NCBI RefSeq assembly: GCF_004010195.1
Contig: NC_057718.1
Location: 102,009,901-102,065,399 of the forward strand
Length of the DNA stretch: 55,499 bases
From: Chiloscyllium plagiosum
Taxonomy: Eukaryota
Direction of reading: 5' to 3'
Made by a program: the position numbers and the translations under genes. Numbering within the stretch: position 1 is the stretch's first letter; each line of letters opens with the position of its first letter. This document shows, piece after piece, positions 25,001 to 39,574 of the stretch. Under the pieces are notes generated by a model. It saw only the letters and a program-made list of their open reading frames with translations, was not told the DNA's origin and did no database searches.

Positions 25001-28000
25001 TTTTAGTGATTGGGGGTTGGCAACAAATACTGGCCCGGTCACAAACCCATAGTCCCTGAATAAATAAAGGGATCTGTGCCCTCACAGTAAATAAGCAGTT
25101 TCTATCCGGTCTGCCCTGTACCTTCATACTTTCACAATAAGGATCCTTTAATTTCCAACCTCCTTATTTAAGTGGAGGAATCCCAGTGATACTGTGGGTA
25201 ATGTATGAAACTCTGGATTCCGCTTACCCTCCAGGACTCGACGGTCAAAGAAAGTGGAACCGTATTCAGCTATCGACTTGTATAAATCCTTCCGAGCTGT
25301 CTGCATAAGGCAGTAAGAGTGGGAGTTTCCTGAACAAATGTCACCCTCATTCTGAGGCAAATCACAGAAACAAATTTATGGGAAGCATTCTGAATCTTGA
25401 GGCCATTTATACCTCTTGTGACAAAACAAATATACATTTAAACCTCCTCTTTTTGTAGAAAAATTCAATTCATGGTTGAGTTGATTTTCCTTGCACCTCC
25501 CTCACTCCTTCCTCACCAGTGATATGGACATGGAGGTGCAGATATTTCATGCTCAGTGAGTCACCGACCTAAATTTTGATCACTCTGTTCGCATATCATG
25601 TTCAAATGCACTAATTGCAGAGCATTAACTGAGACGGTTCCTGAGGACAGAGTGGAGCTGGAAAATTACCACCAACACCTACACCTGAATAGATGATGCA
25701 CGACAAATTGCAAATCCAAAGTTGTGCAGCCTCCCACAGTAAACTAGGAGCATGATAATGAAGCAAACAGCCAGAAAATGATGGAGACAGCTCAGGTCAG
25801 CTAGAAAACAGGCAGCTTCATTTTTCAGATATGGAGTAACAGAAAAAGAGGTGAGCTGTCTCATTAAACGAGCGAGCTGGAAAGGGTGAGCTATCTGAAA
25901 TGTTAGATTCTTGAGGCAAAATGCAATGACCTCCAGCACATCAACATGCACAATCTGTAACATTATTTAATGGTAGATAATTATTTAATATGCACTTTTA
26001 TCTAACCTAATGTACTCTTGTAATTACATATGGAATAGTTCCCACTATTGTGGTGTACAAATGCTGCTCAGCTGGTGACTTGCAGTCTCTTCCCTCTGTC
26101 CATCCATTTAACTCGAGCTACCTATACCTTGCCACCTTCACCTCCCCCTCCCCCGACACTCTCACGCCCTTGACAGCGTAACATTAAAATAGGAGCCGGA
26201 ATAGGCCATTCAGCCCATTGGGTCCACTCCACTTTTTGACATGATCTTGGCTGACCTTCTATCTCAACATTATACTCCTCCTCTCACCCGCTGATGCCTC
26301 CAGTGTGTAGAAATCTTGTATTTGCTTAATGATATTCAGTGGTTGGCCTCTGCAGCTTCTTGTGCTGGAGAATTCCACAGGGTCACCACTCACAAAATAA
26401 AAACATTTCAATTTATCTCAGTCAGAAATCACCCAGTACAGCGCCCCATTCAACGCCAACCTGAAATGCAATGTTGTTTGTCCTGTCTGTGGCCAGAATG
26501 ACTGCACCTTCTGAGCCCATTGTTTATTTCGAATTCACTCGTGGGATGTGGGTGTCACTGGCTGGGTCAGCATTTATTGCCCGCTGAGAAGGTGGGGGGG
26601 TGAGCTGCTTCTTGAACCGCTGCAGACAATGTGGGCAGAAACTTGCCAGTTTGGGAAGGGTGGATTTGAAGGTTGCATTGGGAGCGAGGTCTGGGATAAC
26701 ACCACTGCACCCACCCCCCAATCCCCAGGCACCTCAGACATTCCCACTCCTTTTGGAGGCAGGAGAACACCGATAGCTGTACCCAGCTGGCATTTCCTGG
26801 CAGCCAGTGAGCAAGGGGTGACATATAGATGAAGCCATTACCAGTCATCTTGCTCACTAATGAGAGGACAGCACTATGTTCCAATAGGGCAATGGTGACT
26901 TGACCTTTAAAATAGTAATGAGGTGGCTACGACCAGAGGAAAGTGAAGGAGGAGCAGGCCATTCGGCCCCTCAAGCCTATAGCACCGTTCAGTAAGACCA
27001 TGGCTGATCCTGTAGCTCCACTGGGCTGGAGGGACCTGGCGTCGCAGCTGACTGTAGAGACTAACAGCTCCCCAGGAGGGAAGGCACTTCCCAGCAGCAG
27101 GCCGAGTGGCCTTTGGCATCAGAAGCGTCATAAAATGGTAAACCATAGGGGCAGCCCACTGAGCCTCCTCCAAGTGACAGGGCGGTGGAGTTCACGAGGG
27201 CATGCATGGAGCCCTGCAACACTAACCACTTCCCCCCCACCCACCACCACTACCCAACTCCCCAATCAACCCCCCAAATCCAAGCCAGTCTCCCAGCTCC
27301 CAAAACTGCAGAATCCCCATTGTCCAGCTGGATGGTCGGCCTGGCGGGTTGCTGGAGGGAGGGGAAGGGTGCAGGGCTATGGGAGTGCATAGAACACAGA
27401 ACATTACAGCACAGTACAGGCCCTTCGGCCCTCGATTTTGAGCCAACCTGTGGAACCAATATGAAGCCCAATTATCCTACACTATTCCATTTTCATCCAC
27501 ATGTTTATCCATTGACTATTTAAATGCCCTTAAAGTTGACGAATCTACTACTGTTGCAGGCAGTGCATTCCATCCCCTTACTGAGTCAAGAAACTACCTC
27601 TGACATCTGTATCAGACAGGAGATCGCTCAAGTCAGAAATATCCCTGAGTCCCGAACAGGGACTGTCACCAGGAGATTCCACTCCCCTTTGCCTGCTTCA
27701 CATCCCCAGCCTCTGCAATGTTTCGCCTTTTATTTGTTTCTCCTGATTCTGAACTTTTTCAAGCCGCTTGCCAGAGGTCGCCTGGGAGTCGACAGCTTGT
27801 ACAGCATTCTCGCAGCCACAGGCGACATCCCTAATGGGAAATAATGATCATCACTCAAGGCCAGGCAGTGTGCGTGGGAAGCACTGTGACTGGGAGGGAG
27901 AGTCTCTGATTGCTGTCCTTTCTCAGTTTCAGTCTCCATTCAGTCTGCTTTGGATCACTCATCTTTTTTTATTCCAGATCGCACTCTGCGTTTACCGCAC

Positions 28001-31000
28001 TGCTCAACACAAGCAATAGGCTACACGCTTCGCAGCTTTCCCGACTCAACACTAAGGTCGATTTCAAATCACAGCCAGGGTTTTTCAGGCAGTAATTTCC
28101 ATGTGACGGCTTGTGCATGTGTCAATTACACCTCCTCAGTATTAATCTGGCTCATTGGGTGTGTCGCCCATCAAAGACCCAGTCCTACTGGCTGGTTTCA
28201 AATCCCACCATGGCATACCTTTTCAAGGGCAACTTGGCAATAGTTGGGCAAGAAGTACTGGCCCAGCCAGCAACACCCACCTCCCATGAATGAAAAAAAA
28301 ATTCTACATCTTAATATCTTTCTCTGTCCTGTAAAGCTTTATGAACAAAAGCAGCAGTAACTATAAATTATGTTTGTAACATTTACAATGATGCAGTAGC
28401 CCAGGCAATTGCAGGTCTCACTTAACACATCCACAAATCAAATTGTCACCAATGGTATGACTTAGCATCACTCCAGGAGAGTAATTCTTGCTGGTAAATA
28501 TAATGTGTACCATGGTTGTAAATCCCCATTTTCAGGGAAGGTACAGTAGGGTGAAGCAGGAATTTCAAATATACAAGTGAATGGGTGATATTTTGGCAAA
28601 TGGAGTTCAAAATGCATAGTTGCAACGATTCAAGAAAGACATGGAATATTTGCATAATGGTGAGATTATGGAAGTGCAAAGAGAACACAATGTCAACATA
28701 CACAGATTCCTAAAATCTTATGCATAGATTCAAAAAACTAAAATAATAAAGTCAATGGAATATCGAGAGAGGAGGGATTCCAAATGAGAAGCCAGGGACC
28801 AGAAATTCACCTGGAGGAAAACAATTTAATCATGGCATCACATCGCAGCAAAAATATAAGGGCCTTGAAAACACAATCAGCTCAGACTGGTACTGGGACG
28901 TAAAGGGTTCATATTGAAGCCTTCTGTGTTGCCTTGGGTTCAGAGAGTTCAGGAGCTTTCTAGTGGTGTCCTTCAAAATGAGAAAAGGATTAGACAGGAT
29001 CGAGACAGCAAAAGCATTTCCTCGGTTAGGGGGCATGGATTCCCATTTATGTTCTGCCACTTGGGAGTGCATGTACTTTTACCGTGCAAACAGTGGTGCA
29101 AATCTGGAACGCAAATTTCTGCGGATGCTGGAAATTATAATCAATAACTTAAAGTTGACCAAGTGATGTACCGTACAGGCTGATAAGTGGAATTGACATT
29201 GAAATTATTAATGATCTGATTGAATGGCAGAATAGATTTGAGGGGCCGAACGGCCCAATTCCAATCCTATGCAGACTATGACACCTGGAGGCTTTGTAAA
29301 ACACTGAACAGCTCTGAACATGCTGTTAAGTATAAGTGCATAAATATTCTAACTGAAATGCTTTCTGCCGTCTGCTGGATGTGTGATCTTTTTATTTAGT
29401 TATAGTTTCAGAAAATATCCAATATAACAAATGTGAATTGGAACTGCACAGGTAGTCCATATTGTGGGTCCCCTACAGCACATGGACTGCAGCGGTTCAA
29501 GAAGGCAGCTCACCACCACCTTTTTGAAGGCAACTTGGCAATGGTTGAATAAGAAGTGCCAGCCTAGCCAGCAATGCCCACATCCCATAAACAAAAAGTT
29601 AATTCCACATCTTGAAACCTTTACCTGTAAAGCTTTATGAAAAAAAGCAGCAGCAACTATAAATTATGTTGGCAACTTTTACAATGATGCAGCAGTACAG
29701 ATGATTCCAGTTCTCACTTAATACATCCAGAAATTAAATCCCCATTAATGGTATGACTTGGCATCACCTCAGGAAAGCAAATCTTGCTGTCAAATATAAT
29801 GTGCACTGTGGCAGCTACGCATAATCACTGCTTTTCTAATTCTTCATCATTCTAATGTGGCATCTAATCAGCACAAAGAAAAATCAAAAGACAGCTGATG
29901 CTGCAAGTCTGAAATAAAAGCAGGGATCGTAAGAAATACTTATCAAGTAAGTCATCAACTGGGGGGAGGCATAGACAAGTTGACACGTTGGAGACCTCGG
30001 CATTTTAACCAATGATTTTGCCTGAAGCTTGAACTGGTCTTTCTCCTACACAAATGTTGCCTGGCTTTCTGTGTGTTTCTGGCACTTTCTGACATTGTAT
30101 ACGTTCAGTAGCTTTCTCGAAATCATAATCCTGTGTAGGAGAAGGGAGTGACAACACCTTTAATCAAATGAGGTGTACTGGTCATCCATATGTAAAATAA
30201 TAAGATTGATGCTGGTTATAAATTACTCCTGACAGCTCTTACCATCGCTTTTTACTGGCAGGTTTTTTTGTATAATGCGTTAACATCTGCATTAGAATAA
30301 CGTCAAGGGATTTTTACTGCAGGTTTCAATCATAAAATATACTTCGCAGAGCAACTGTGGAAATGTTCTTTTCAGTCAATTAATTCTGATCAAATATGGT
30401 TATGTTTTTTGAGCTATACCATGAAGCAAAACAATCCCCTCCACACAATATTTAGGGACTGGCTTACAATTGAGGGAAGGTCTAGATGCAGGCATACTCC
30501 TGAACCTGACTTTGAGTCTGACTCAAGGACTTGTGGGCCATGGAAGGTTCATACACAAATGGTCAAATGGGTTGTTTCTCAGCCTGTAAACCCTTTCCAA
30601 TAGGCCAGATAGCAGGCAGGAGGAACAGGAGAAGCTCCTGATCACCTATACTTCAGAAGGCAATGCTGCTTCAGCACTTTGCCCATAAGTGTGGGATCAA
30701 TTCAGTGGGCTCATCCGTAGTTTCATCCTTGGAAAGACACACTGAAAAGATATTTTCCCTGGTGGGACACACCAAAATGAAGGGACGTAACATTCAAAAT
30801 AGGAGTTTACCATTTAAGGTGGAAGGTTTGGGATCATTTTCGGTTTGGACTGGTTGGACTGAAGGGTCTGTTTTTGTGCTGTATGACTCTATGACTCTCT
30901 ACCTGTTGTCTTTCAGAGATTCATGAGACATTGGGCACTCTGTTCCCCAGAAAGTGGTGGAGCCAGAGCCATTTTAAGACACAGGGGGGATAGATTCTTA

Positions 31001-31048
31001 ACTATCAATATGAAATTGAGGCCACACTCAGATCAGCCATAATCTCAT

Positions 31049-31149
31049 TTTCTGGATCAGTGGTGCTGGAAGAGCGCAGCAATTCAAGCAGCATCCGACG
31101 AGCAGCAAAATCGACGTTTCTGGCAAAAGCCCTTCATCAGGAATAAAGG
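31049..31149 (-). mobile_element. Single-arm family A-related element with hammerhead core
   Basis: Direct repeat cataatctcat at 31038-31048 and 31150-31160; minus strand 31113-31140 reads CTGATGA-A-GGGC-tttt-GCCA-GAAA-CG-TC. Confidence 0.75.
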
Positions 31150-33114
31150 CATAATCTCATCCAATGGCAGAACATGCATGAGGGGCCGAATGGCCTAATC
31201 CTGCTCCTAATTGATACATCCACATGCAAATATGGATGAGAGAAAGAACAGACAGACATACTTTTGTGAAACTAAATTCTTATGCTATTGAGATCACAAC
31301 CGCTACAGTCTGATGTTCTGTTACCCTCATAAAGCAATCTAGAATATTTCTTCAATAATTTAGGCAATAGACCATATTCATATCTTTCTTGCATGATTCA
31401 AATACATAAAATTCAAGAGATGAAGAATTATTGATATCTTGGATATAATTCTGAATTCCTGATTACTCAACCGGAAAAGCACAAGTATGAATCTGTACAA
31501 ATTTCCTTCACTGGCTGTAATTAAACCCTCCACAAACAGTAACTGGCATTTGTGCTTATTCATGAGTCAGCCAACATTTAATCTTTGACCCATTTTGAAT
31601 TTTCACAGTAGAAGTTATATTGCCACTGCCAGGATTAGAAGTCCAGAAAAGTATTTATAAAACATATTTAATTTACTGAGAGCATAACAAACGTGTAGTT
31701 TGCTGATAAAGCAATGCTACTTGCAGAATCAGAAGAGGCCTTACAAAATAGGAGAGATGCAACAAAATCTGCAAGCTTTAAATAAAAACTGAAAGAACTG
31801 CAAATGCTGTAAATCCGAAACAAAAAACAGAAATTGTTGGAAAAGCTCAGCAGGTCTGGCAGCATCCGTGGCAAGAAATCAGAGTTGATGCTTCGCGTTC
31901 GGTGACCCTTCCTCAGATTTGACTCTGCTTTCTCTCCATAAATGCTGACACGCCTGCAAAGCCTTGCCAACATTTTCTCTTTTTGTTTCTTTAAGTTTTG
32001 AATATGGATTGAGTAAGAGCATCAAAAAGACAAAAGCAATGTTTTTGGGAGAAGCTAGAGTGAAAGTTGAGTAGACGTTGTCCTACTGTAATGAATCAAT
32101 AAGTCTATTTCGGACAAATGGTAATGAAGATGGCAGAGGGGATATGGAAGTCAGAAGCAGGTTAGATGCCACCAGTAATAGTTTCGTGTGAATCCAAGAT
32201 GTGTAAACAACAAGAAAACTCAAATTTGCAACAAGGGAAAAACTCACAAGATTCTTTATTTTATTCACATTCATAACCTCTGAAATATGAATAATAAGTA
32301 AAAACTCTGGATGCGAAGGCAAAAATTTAATATAGAAACCAAAGTCAATTTATTATCTTGCAGGCTACCGCCAACGTATTCTGGCTGCCTATCTTGTACA
32401 TAACTTGATCTATTCATGGTTTCAACTCATACTGCTGCTGATGCTTGTTGCAACCCCCATCAGGTGATCTGCTGCCATGGTATGTCACATTCATTTATCT
32501 TGCCCCAATCTGCCACATCCACTGAAGATCACCGACAACCGCTCAGTAACATCCATCATCCAGCTCTCCACTGCATCTCTCGAAGAGATCTCTGTGGCTT
32601 TTCAGCTCAAATCAAATGGACAAAATACTGACATTTTAATTTCTGGATGCCATTTCTTAGAGTTCTTTCTGCTCTTGAAATTTTGCTAATTCACGACTGA
32701 TTGCAAAATTCATGCCATTGTTCATTTTTTGTTCTGAAACCATCAGCAATTGTTTTCCAGGAGCTAACAGATGTTTATATACTATGCAGCGACTGAGGAT
32801 TAAAGCTTATGAAGTAATGTTGGTGATGGAGTAATGCAGTGACTAGTAATGATTTCATTTCTGAAGAGCTTACTATATTATGCCAGTGATATAAAAATAG
32901 AATGTATTGATTAAGGAAGTTCTTATGTATGAAATTCAGAAAGTATAAGGCTGCAGATGAAAACAGTTTTAGTATTTAATTAGTGGTATAGAGAAAATAT
33001 AAAACAAAAAGAAAACATATAGTATCATTGTTATTTTCTGCTTGAATTGGTATTCTTGCAAATTGTCCTGATGCATGTAAATTGAAAAGCTTCAGCCAAA
33101 TGTGTCCTTTTTTT

Positions 33115-33305
33115 CTGGATGTCGAAGTGCCCATGTTGGACTGGGATGGACAAGGTCAGAAATCACACAACGCCAGGTTATAGTCCAACAGGTTTATTTG
33201 AAATCACAAGCACTCAGAGTTTACCGGTCGAAGGAACAGCTTGGAAACTTTGTGATTTCAAATAAACCTGTTGGGCTATAACCTGGTGTTTTATGATTTC
33301 TGACT
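33115..33305. mobile_element. Palindromic element, family C (decayed)
   Basis: Inverted arms ccaggttatagtccaacaggtttatttgaaatcacaa / ttgtgatttcaaataaacctgttgggctataacctgg; both ends flanked by ccttttttt. Confidence 0.7.
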
Positions 33306-33953
33306 AGCCTTTTTTTCAGCAATACATAAAAAATTATCTTCAAATGGTGTGATTTGCTTTTGGTTGTTCATTCGTGTTAGTTTGGAAGACGTTTGGATGT
33401 TTCCATTTTTAACTTGCTTATTTTTGGCAATGTTGCTTTTTTCTAATTATGAGTAAGTGATTTTCATTCTTCCCTGAAAACTGTATGCAATCTCATTATG
33501 TGATCCAGAACCAAAAGCTGAAAATAACTGTGGAGAAGTGAATCACACGGATGCTACGTGGTTTGCCTCAGCATGCTGTGACTGTGAAGCATGTCAGGGA
33601 AACCCAACCTACGCTTTCATAATCACAAGAACCTATGTTCATGTACTGAGAAACATAGAATGCACATAAAGGTGTCACATCTTGGTGCCAGAGTTTATGT
33701 GACCTCAACAACTATCTGTTTGGTGGGGAAAGGGTACAGATGGCCAGCAACGTTCCCTAGAAACTTTTTGACACTTTATGTGCTGCCTCACAGAAACATT
33801 GAAACGTAAAATATATGAGCAGGATTAAGCCATTTGGCACTTTGCGGCTGCTCCACCATTCAATACAGTCAGGGCTGACCATCCAACCCAGCACCCTGTT
33901 CCACTTTCATCCCATATCCTTTGATCCATTTAGCCCTGAGAACTGGGCTAAAT

Positions 33954-34283
33954 GGGCGGCACGGTGGCCCAGTGGTTAGCACTGCTGCCTCACAGCGCCT
34001 GTAGACCCGGGTTCAATTCCCGACTCAGGCGACTGACTGTGTGGAGTTTGCACATTCTCCCTGTGTCTGCGTGGGTTTCCTCCGGGTGCTCCGGTTTCCT
34101 CCCACAGTCCAAAGATGTGCGGGTCAGGTGAATTGGCCATGCTGAATTGCCCGTAGTGTTAGGTTAAAGGGGTAAAGGTAGGGGTATGGGTGGGTTGCGC
34201 TTCGGCGGGTCGGTGTGGACTTGTTGGGCCGAAGGGCCTGTTTCCACACTGTAAGTAATCTAATCTAATCTAATCTAATCTAA
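33954..34283 (+). mobile_element. HE1-type V-SINE, full length, young
   Basis: A box tggcccagtgg, B box ggttcaattcc (34010-34020), V core, tail gggccgaagggcctgtttccacactgt plus (taatc)n; CpGs retained. Confidence 0.9.
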
Positions 34284-37200
34284 ACTATATCTAACTCCTT
34301 CTTGAAAACATTCAATGTTTTGGCCACAGCTAATTTTAGTAATGCAGGCTCACCACTCTCTGGGTGAAGAATTTTCCACTTATCTCAATCCTAAATGGCT
34401 TACCCTATATCCTTAGACCGTGAGCCCTGGTTCAGGACTCCCTGGTCATTGAAAACATCCTTCCTGCACCAGCCCTTCCTGTTAGTATTTTGTTGGTTTC
34501 CTAGAGATTCCCCTCATTCCCCTAGCTTCAGAGAATTTAGTTCTAACCAATCCAATCTCTGTTCACGTGTGAGCGCTCCCATCCCAGGAATCCGTCTGGG
34601 TTCTGAGAAAGGGGCACCAAACCCAAAACGTTAACTCTGATTGCTCTTCACAGATGCTGCCAGATGTGCTGAGCTTTCCCAGCAATTTCTGTTTTGTTTG
34701 GATTTACTCCATCCGCGGTTGTTTTGCATTTTTTTCTGGCTGTTAAAGCTTTGTTGCTCCCCCTCCAATTCCAGAACACCCTTCTTCAGATAAGGAAACT
34801 AAAACTGCAGGTGTGATCTCACCGATGTCCTGTACAATTGCAGCAAGACATCCAAGCTCCTCCACTCAAATTCTCTCGCTATGAAGACCAACACACCATT
34901 TGCGTTCTTTACTGACTGTTGCGTAATTACTTTCTGCGACAATATACAAGGACACCCAAGTACTATTGCATATTCCCCCTCTCCCAATCTAATGCTATTC
35001 AGATAATCTGCCTTCCTGTTTTTGCTAGCAAAGTGAATGACCTCACATTTATCCACAGTTCATTTCCATGTATTTGCCCACTCACTCAACTGTCCAAATA
35101 CTTAATGACTCAGCTTCAGCTGCTTTCTGTAGCAACAAATTCCTCAGGCTCACAACTCTCTGAAAGAAGAAGCTCCTCCTTGTCTCTGTATTAATCTCTG
35201 CCTGAGTTGTTTTAACAGTTATTAATCCCTCTATCCTTTGTTCCTAAGCTCCTGCTCACCCCCAAACTTATTGCCAACTCCTGCCCACACTAACTCCCCC
35301 TCCTCATACACTTCATGGCCTAGCCACTCATCCAAGTATCCACCATCACAGACCTCAGAAGCCATGTGGTCCTCTTACTCATACACACTTGATGCTGAAA
35401 AAAATGCCCCATTCATACAACCTATTTAAAGCTGCTAAATCTCACTGAGTGAGTAATCCTTTAGAAAATCAAACAAACATATATTCACTCCTCCACATAA
35501 AAAGAAGTCATATTTTAATAGTGTCTTCAAACTGTCAATCTAAGTATCATTTTAGAATCGCCTGCTAATATAATATAGCTTTTGGAACTCAGCCAAGCAT
35601 TTATACTGAAATAACAACAGCCCTTTGGGAAATATCAACAAACTATAAATAGATGCTAATTTTTCTGTCAGTCTAGCAAAAAAAAGAGTTTTTGAGCTCT
35701 CATTGAAAGCTATATTTGCCTTTTAAAGCTTAAAGAGCATAGACTTTAAAAAAAAGATCACAACAGTTCTGAGAATTGTATTCATCCTTTAAGTATGTAA
35801 TACAATTCTACCCCATCAGTTTGTGGCTCCCATGCTGTGGATTAAAGCTCTTGCAGTAGCCACAATGGGGTCTGTTTGAGCTCTGACAGCCCTATGGAGT
35901 TCAGGTCTCCCCCTACTCTGCCAATCCCACCATGGGAATCACCCCCTTCACCCTTTCCCATAGCAATCAAAACTGGACTTGTTGGGAGTGCAGGTCGAAT
36001 TTTCATATTTAGTTCCTGCCCATCATTTTTAAATATGGGCAACACCTGAAGAATTCAAATTCAACTAAATAAATATAGATTAAAACAATGATTTCAGTAA
36101 TGATGATTGTGCAACTTTTTTTTCGTTCATTCACAGGGTAAGGGCATTGCTGGCTAGGTCAGCAGTTATTGCCCATCCCTAATTTCCCAGAGAGCAGTTA
36201 AAATGTCAACCTCATTGCTATGGCTCTGGAGTCACATGCAGTTCCTTTTCCTAAAGGAGATTAGTGAACCAGATGCATTTCCCTGAGAATGGAGTCATAA
36301 TTACCATTAGACTCCTAATACCAGATTTTTTAAAAAAAAATTCAGATTCCACCACCTGCTATGGCATGATTTGAACCCAGGTCCCCAGAATATTCCCTGC
36401 GTCTCTGGATTAACAGTTGACATATAATACCTCCAGGCTACTGCTTCCCCCAAACTTTGGCATTGCCATTTTAAAAGCAATTCTGTTTACTGACGTATCT
36501 CAGCTAGAGCTTTTGTTTGGTCCACACATGATTCCAGACTCACGCCAATACGGTTGATTTGGAAATGATTTAACAGGTTCTCTAGCCAACAGCAATAAAA
36601 GTTGACATTAGCAGCAACACACACATTCGGCCCATCAGACCACCTTCGACAGCACTCACAAACCCATAACCTCCATCCACTAGATGGACAAGAGCAGCAG
36701 CTGCATGGGAACACCACTGCCTGAAAGTTCCATTCCAGTCACTCACCATCCTGACTTGGAACTACAACACCATTCCTTCAGTGTAATAGGGTCAAAATTC
36801 TGGAATTCTCTTCTAGAGAGCACTTACTGTCTATGGACATCTACAGTTTGAGAAGAAAGCTTACCATTACTTTCTCCAAGACAAGGAGTGGTGGGTAGTA
36901 AATGCTGGTCCAGCCAGTGACTCTCATGTTCCATGAGTGAATAACTCTCTATTCCTTGCTTCTTTGTGTGTTTATGCATTTTATCCTTAAATGTATCAAT
37001 GCCATTCACCTATACTGTCAGTATGGCAAGAGGTCCCCCTGTGGTGCAGTGGGTAGTATCCCTGTCTCTGAGCCAACAGTTCCAGGTTCGTGAGCCTCAC
37101 CAGGACATGGTGGCAAAGGAAGGTCCTTTTGCAATGTGACCAAACAGGTTGTGAATCTTTCCAGTCTGTCTGATGGACAAGCAGTAAGAGGAGGAGAGAC

Positions 37201-37676
37201 TCATGGTCATCCATCCTGCAGGAGGCAATAGCAACTGCAGGGCTTTGTCCACAAGTGCTGGACCAACACAATGGCAGTCCATGACCCAACCTTTGAAAAT
37301 GAGGACTGGAGAGCAAACAGACAAATTGCCAGTGGAGACCACACTTGATAAAGATACCTACTTCATTCTGAATGAATGATTAAACAAAGTCTCACATCAA
37401 CAGCCACCATGGACAGAAGCTGTATGCCTGAACCCTGAGCTCACAGATTTTCTTCCCCTCCATTTACATTTGCAAGTTGATTTAACAGAACACATCTTTA
37501 GGCATAAATGAAGAAATAAAGCAACCAAAATTGGATAAAAGACAGCAATGATTTAATGTGAAAAAAACGTAGTTACTTTCTAGCAAAACATAAATGGGGA
37601 AGGTCAGAGTCTAAGCCAACAATACTAGAATGAAGTGAAATTAATAAAAACAAGGAATCTGCTCTGTTACCAGTTA

Positions 37677-37866
37677 TGACATGGAGGTACCGATGTTGGA
37701 TTGGGGTGGTCAAATTCAAAAGTCATGCAACACCAGGTTATAGTCCAACAGCTTTATTTGAAATCACAAGCTTTCAGAGCACTGACCCTTCCTCAGGTTC
37801 ACCTCTGAAAGCTTGTGGTTTCAAATAAACCTGCTGGACTATAACCTGGTGTCACATGACTTCTGA
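37677..37866. mobile_element. Palindromic element, family C, with degenerate hammerhead core
   Basis: Direct repeat ctctgtt(a/g)ccagtta at 37662-37676 and 37867-37881; minus strand 37768-37796 reads CTGAGGA...GAAA-GC-TT. Confidence 0.75.
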
Positions 37867-38559
37867 CTCTGTTGCCAGTTAACAACACTGTCAGCCTCCA
37901 TAAAGAAATACTCTATAATGCTTTGGGATATCTTCAGTAAGTTGAAAGATCTTTGAGTAGAAGAAGACACAGTCATATTGTTCTGTTGAATAAGTCAATT
38001 GTAAAGGTGATAACATTGTTGAAATAAGTTAAATATTGAATAAGGTGCAATTGGTATTCATGAGGAAATTCTTGACCATTGTAATTTCCCTGATGCTAAA
38101 TATGACTTCTTCCCATTCAACCAGATAAAACGTGAACCCAAATCAAGGATTAAGATGTTGGCTAAACCTACACTGTGTCTGAGATGCTAGAAGAACAAAG
38201 AATTGAAAAAAAAATTAACACCACCATTCAAAAAAGATTGAAAGGATAAGCCCAACAATTATAGACCAGACATCTTATTTTAGAGATGGGAAACTTTTAG
38301 AAACAATTATTTAGGGTAGAATTAAAAGAAAGGCAAAGTTACTATAGTCGTATCAGACCATAGGGCTGCTCTCTCATTAGAGAGAGACAGAGATGACTGG
38401 TAATGGTTCAACCCAAAAATCACCATGTCTCAGGCAAGGAAAGGTTGAGATGGAGAGTCCTTTGTGGTACTGTCACCCAATGTGGCAATTTGAACTTATC
38501 CCATGCTGTTAGTGGCACTCTGCAATGCAAGGAGAAAGTGAGGCTGGAGATTAGAGTTG

Positions 38560-39440
38560 AAAAGTGTGGCTTTGCCCAGAGTTCAGAATTGGGATCCTTG
38601 TTTCTCCTAATATATATTTATGATTTGGATCTTGGTGTGCAATGGACAATTTCAAAGTTTGCAGATAATTCAAAAACTTGGAAGCAGGTTGGTAGAGTGA
38701 GCAAAGATGTGGCAGATAACATTCAATGCAGAGAAGTGATCAGTGAAGTGATGAAGTGATGCATTTTGATAGGAAGTACATGGACAGATGTTACAAGATA
38801 AGGGGATCCAAAAGCAAAGGGATGTGGCTGTACCTGGGCACAGGTCATTAAATATGGCAGCACAAGTGGAGAGAGCAGTTCATAAAGTATGTTGTGTCTT
38901 CAACTTTATTAATTATATCATAAAAACCAAGGCTGTGGTGCTGAACTTGTACAAGTCATTTGTCTATCCTCAATTGGAGTATTATGTAGAGTCTGGATAC
39001 CACACCATAAGGAAGGATGCAAAAGCATTGGAGAGAGCGCAGAAGAGATTTGCAAGAATGGCTCAGAGAACAAGAAACAAAGGTTATGAGGGTATATTGG
39101 AGAAGTTGATCTGTTTTCCTGGGAGAGGAGTTGACTAAGGGAAGACCTGGTGGACATGTTCATGCTCATGAGGGAGCTGACAGAGTGGGTTGGGAGAACC
39201 GGTTCCCTCTTGTATTGAAGGACCAAGAAAGTGACGGCACAGGACTTAAGGTGATTTGCAAAAAAGGCAAATGTAGCTGGGGTTGGAATGTACTGTCTGG
39301 AGGTGCAACGGAGGCAGGTTCAATTCACCAGGGTCTTAGGTGATTATTTAAATAACTAAAATGTGCAAGGGTATGGGAACAGTCGCTAAGTCACAGACTC
39401 TCATTTGATGAGCCGCTGCAGACACGACGGGCCGAATGGC
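38560..39440 (+). mobile_element. Old CR1-type LINE RT and C-terminal fragment
   Basis: QSSELGSLFLLIYIYDLD..ISKFADN (RT FADD-like) and LYKSFVYPQLEY...LERAQKRFARM; many disruptions. Confidence 0.8.
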
Positions 39441-39574
39441 TGTGACCTCACCAGCGATTAAAATATTCAGCGCCATTTAAACTTAATTCGCGCAAGTTTT
39501 GGACCTTGGTGCGGTGTGTGATAATTCCGTGTTCACGTTTTCAGTGTCCGGGTACACCACACTGAAAGCTCCGT

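Noticed and set aside
33954..34030. tRNA-like sequence with A and B boxes
   Set aside because: It is the head of an HE1 SINE and runs directly into the V core; not a tRNA gene.
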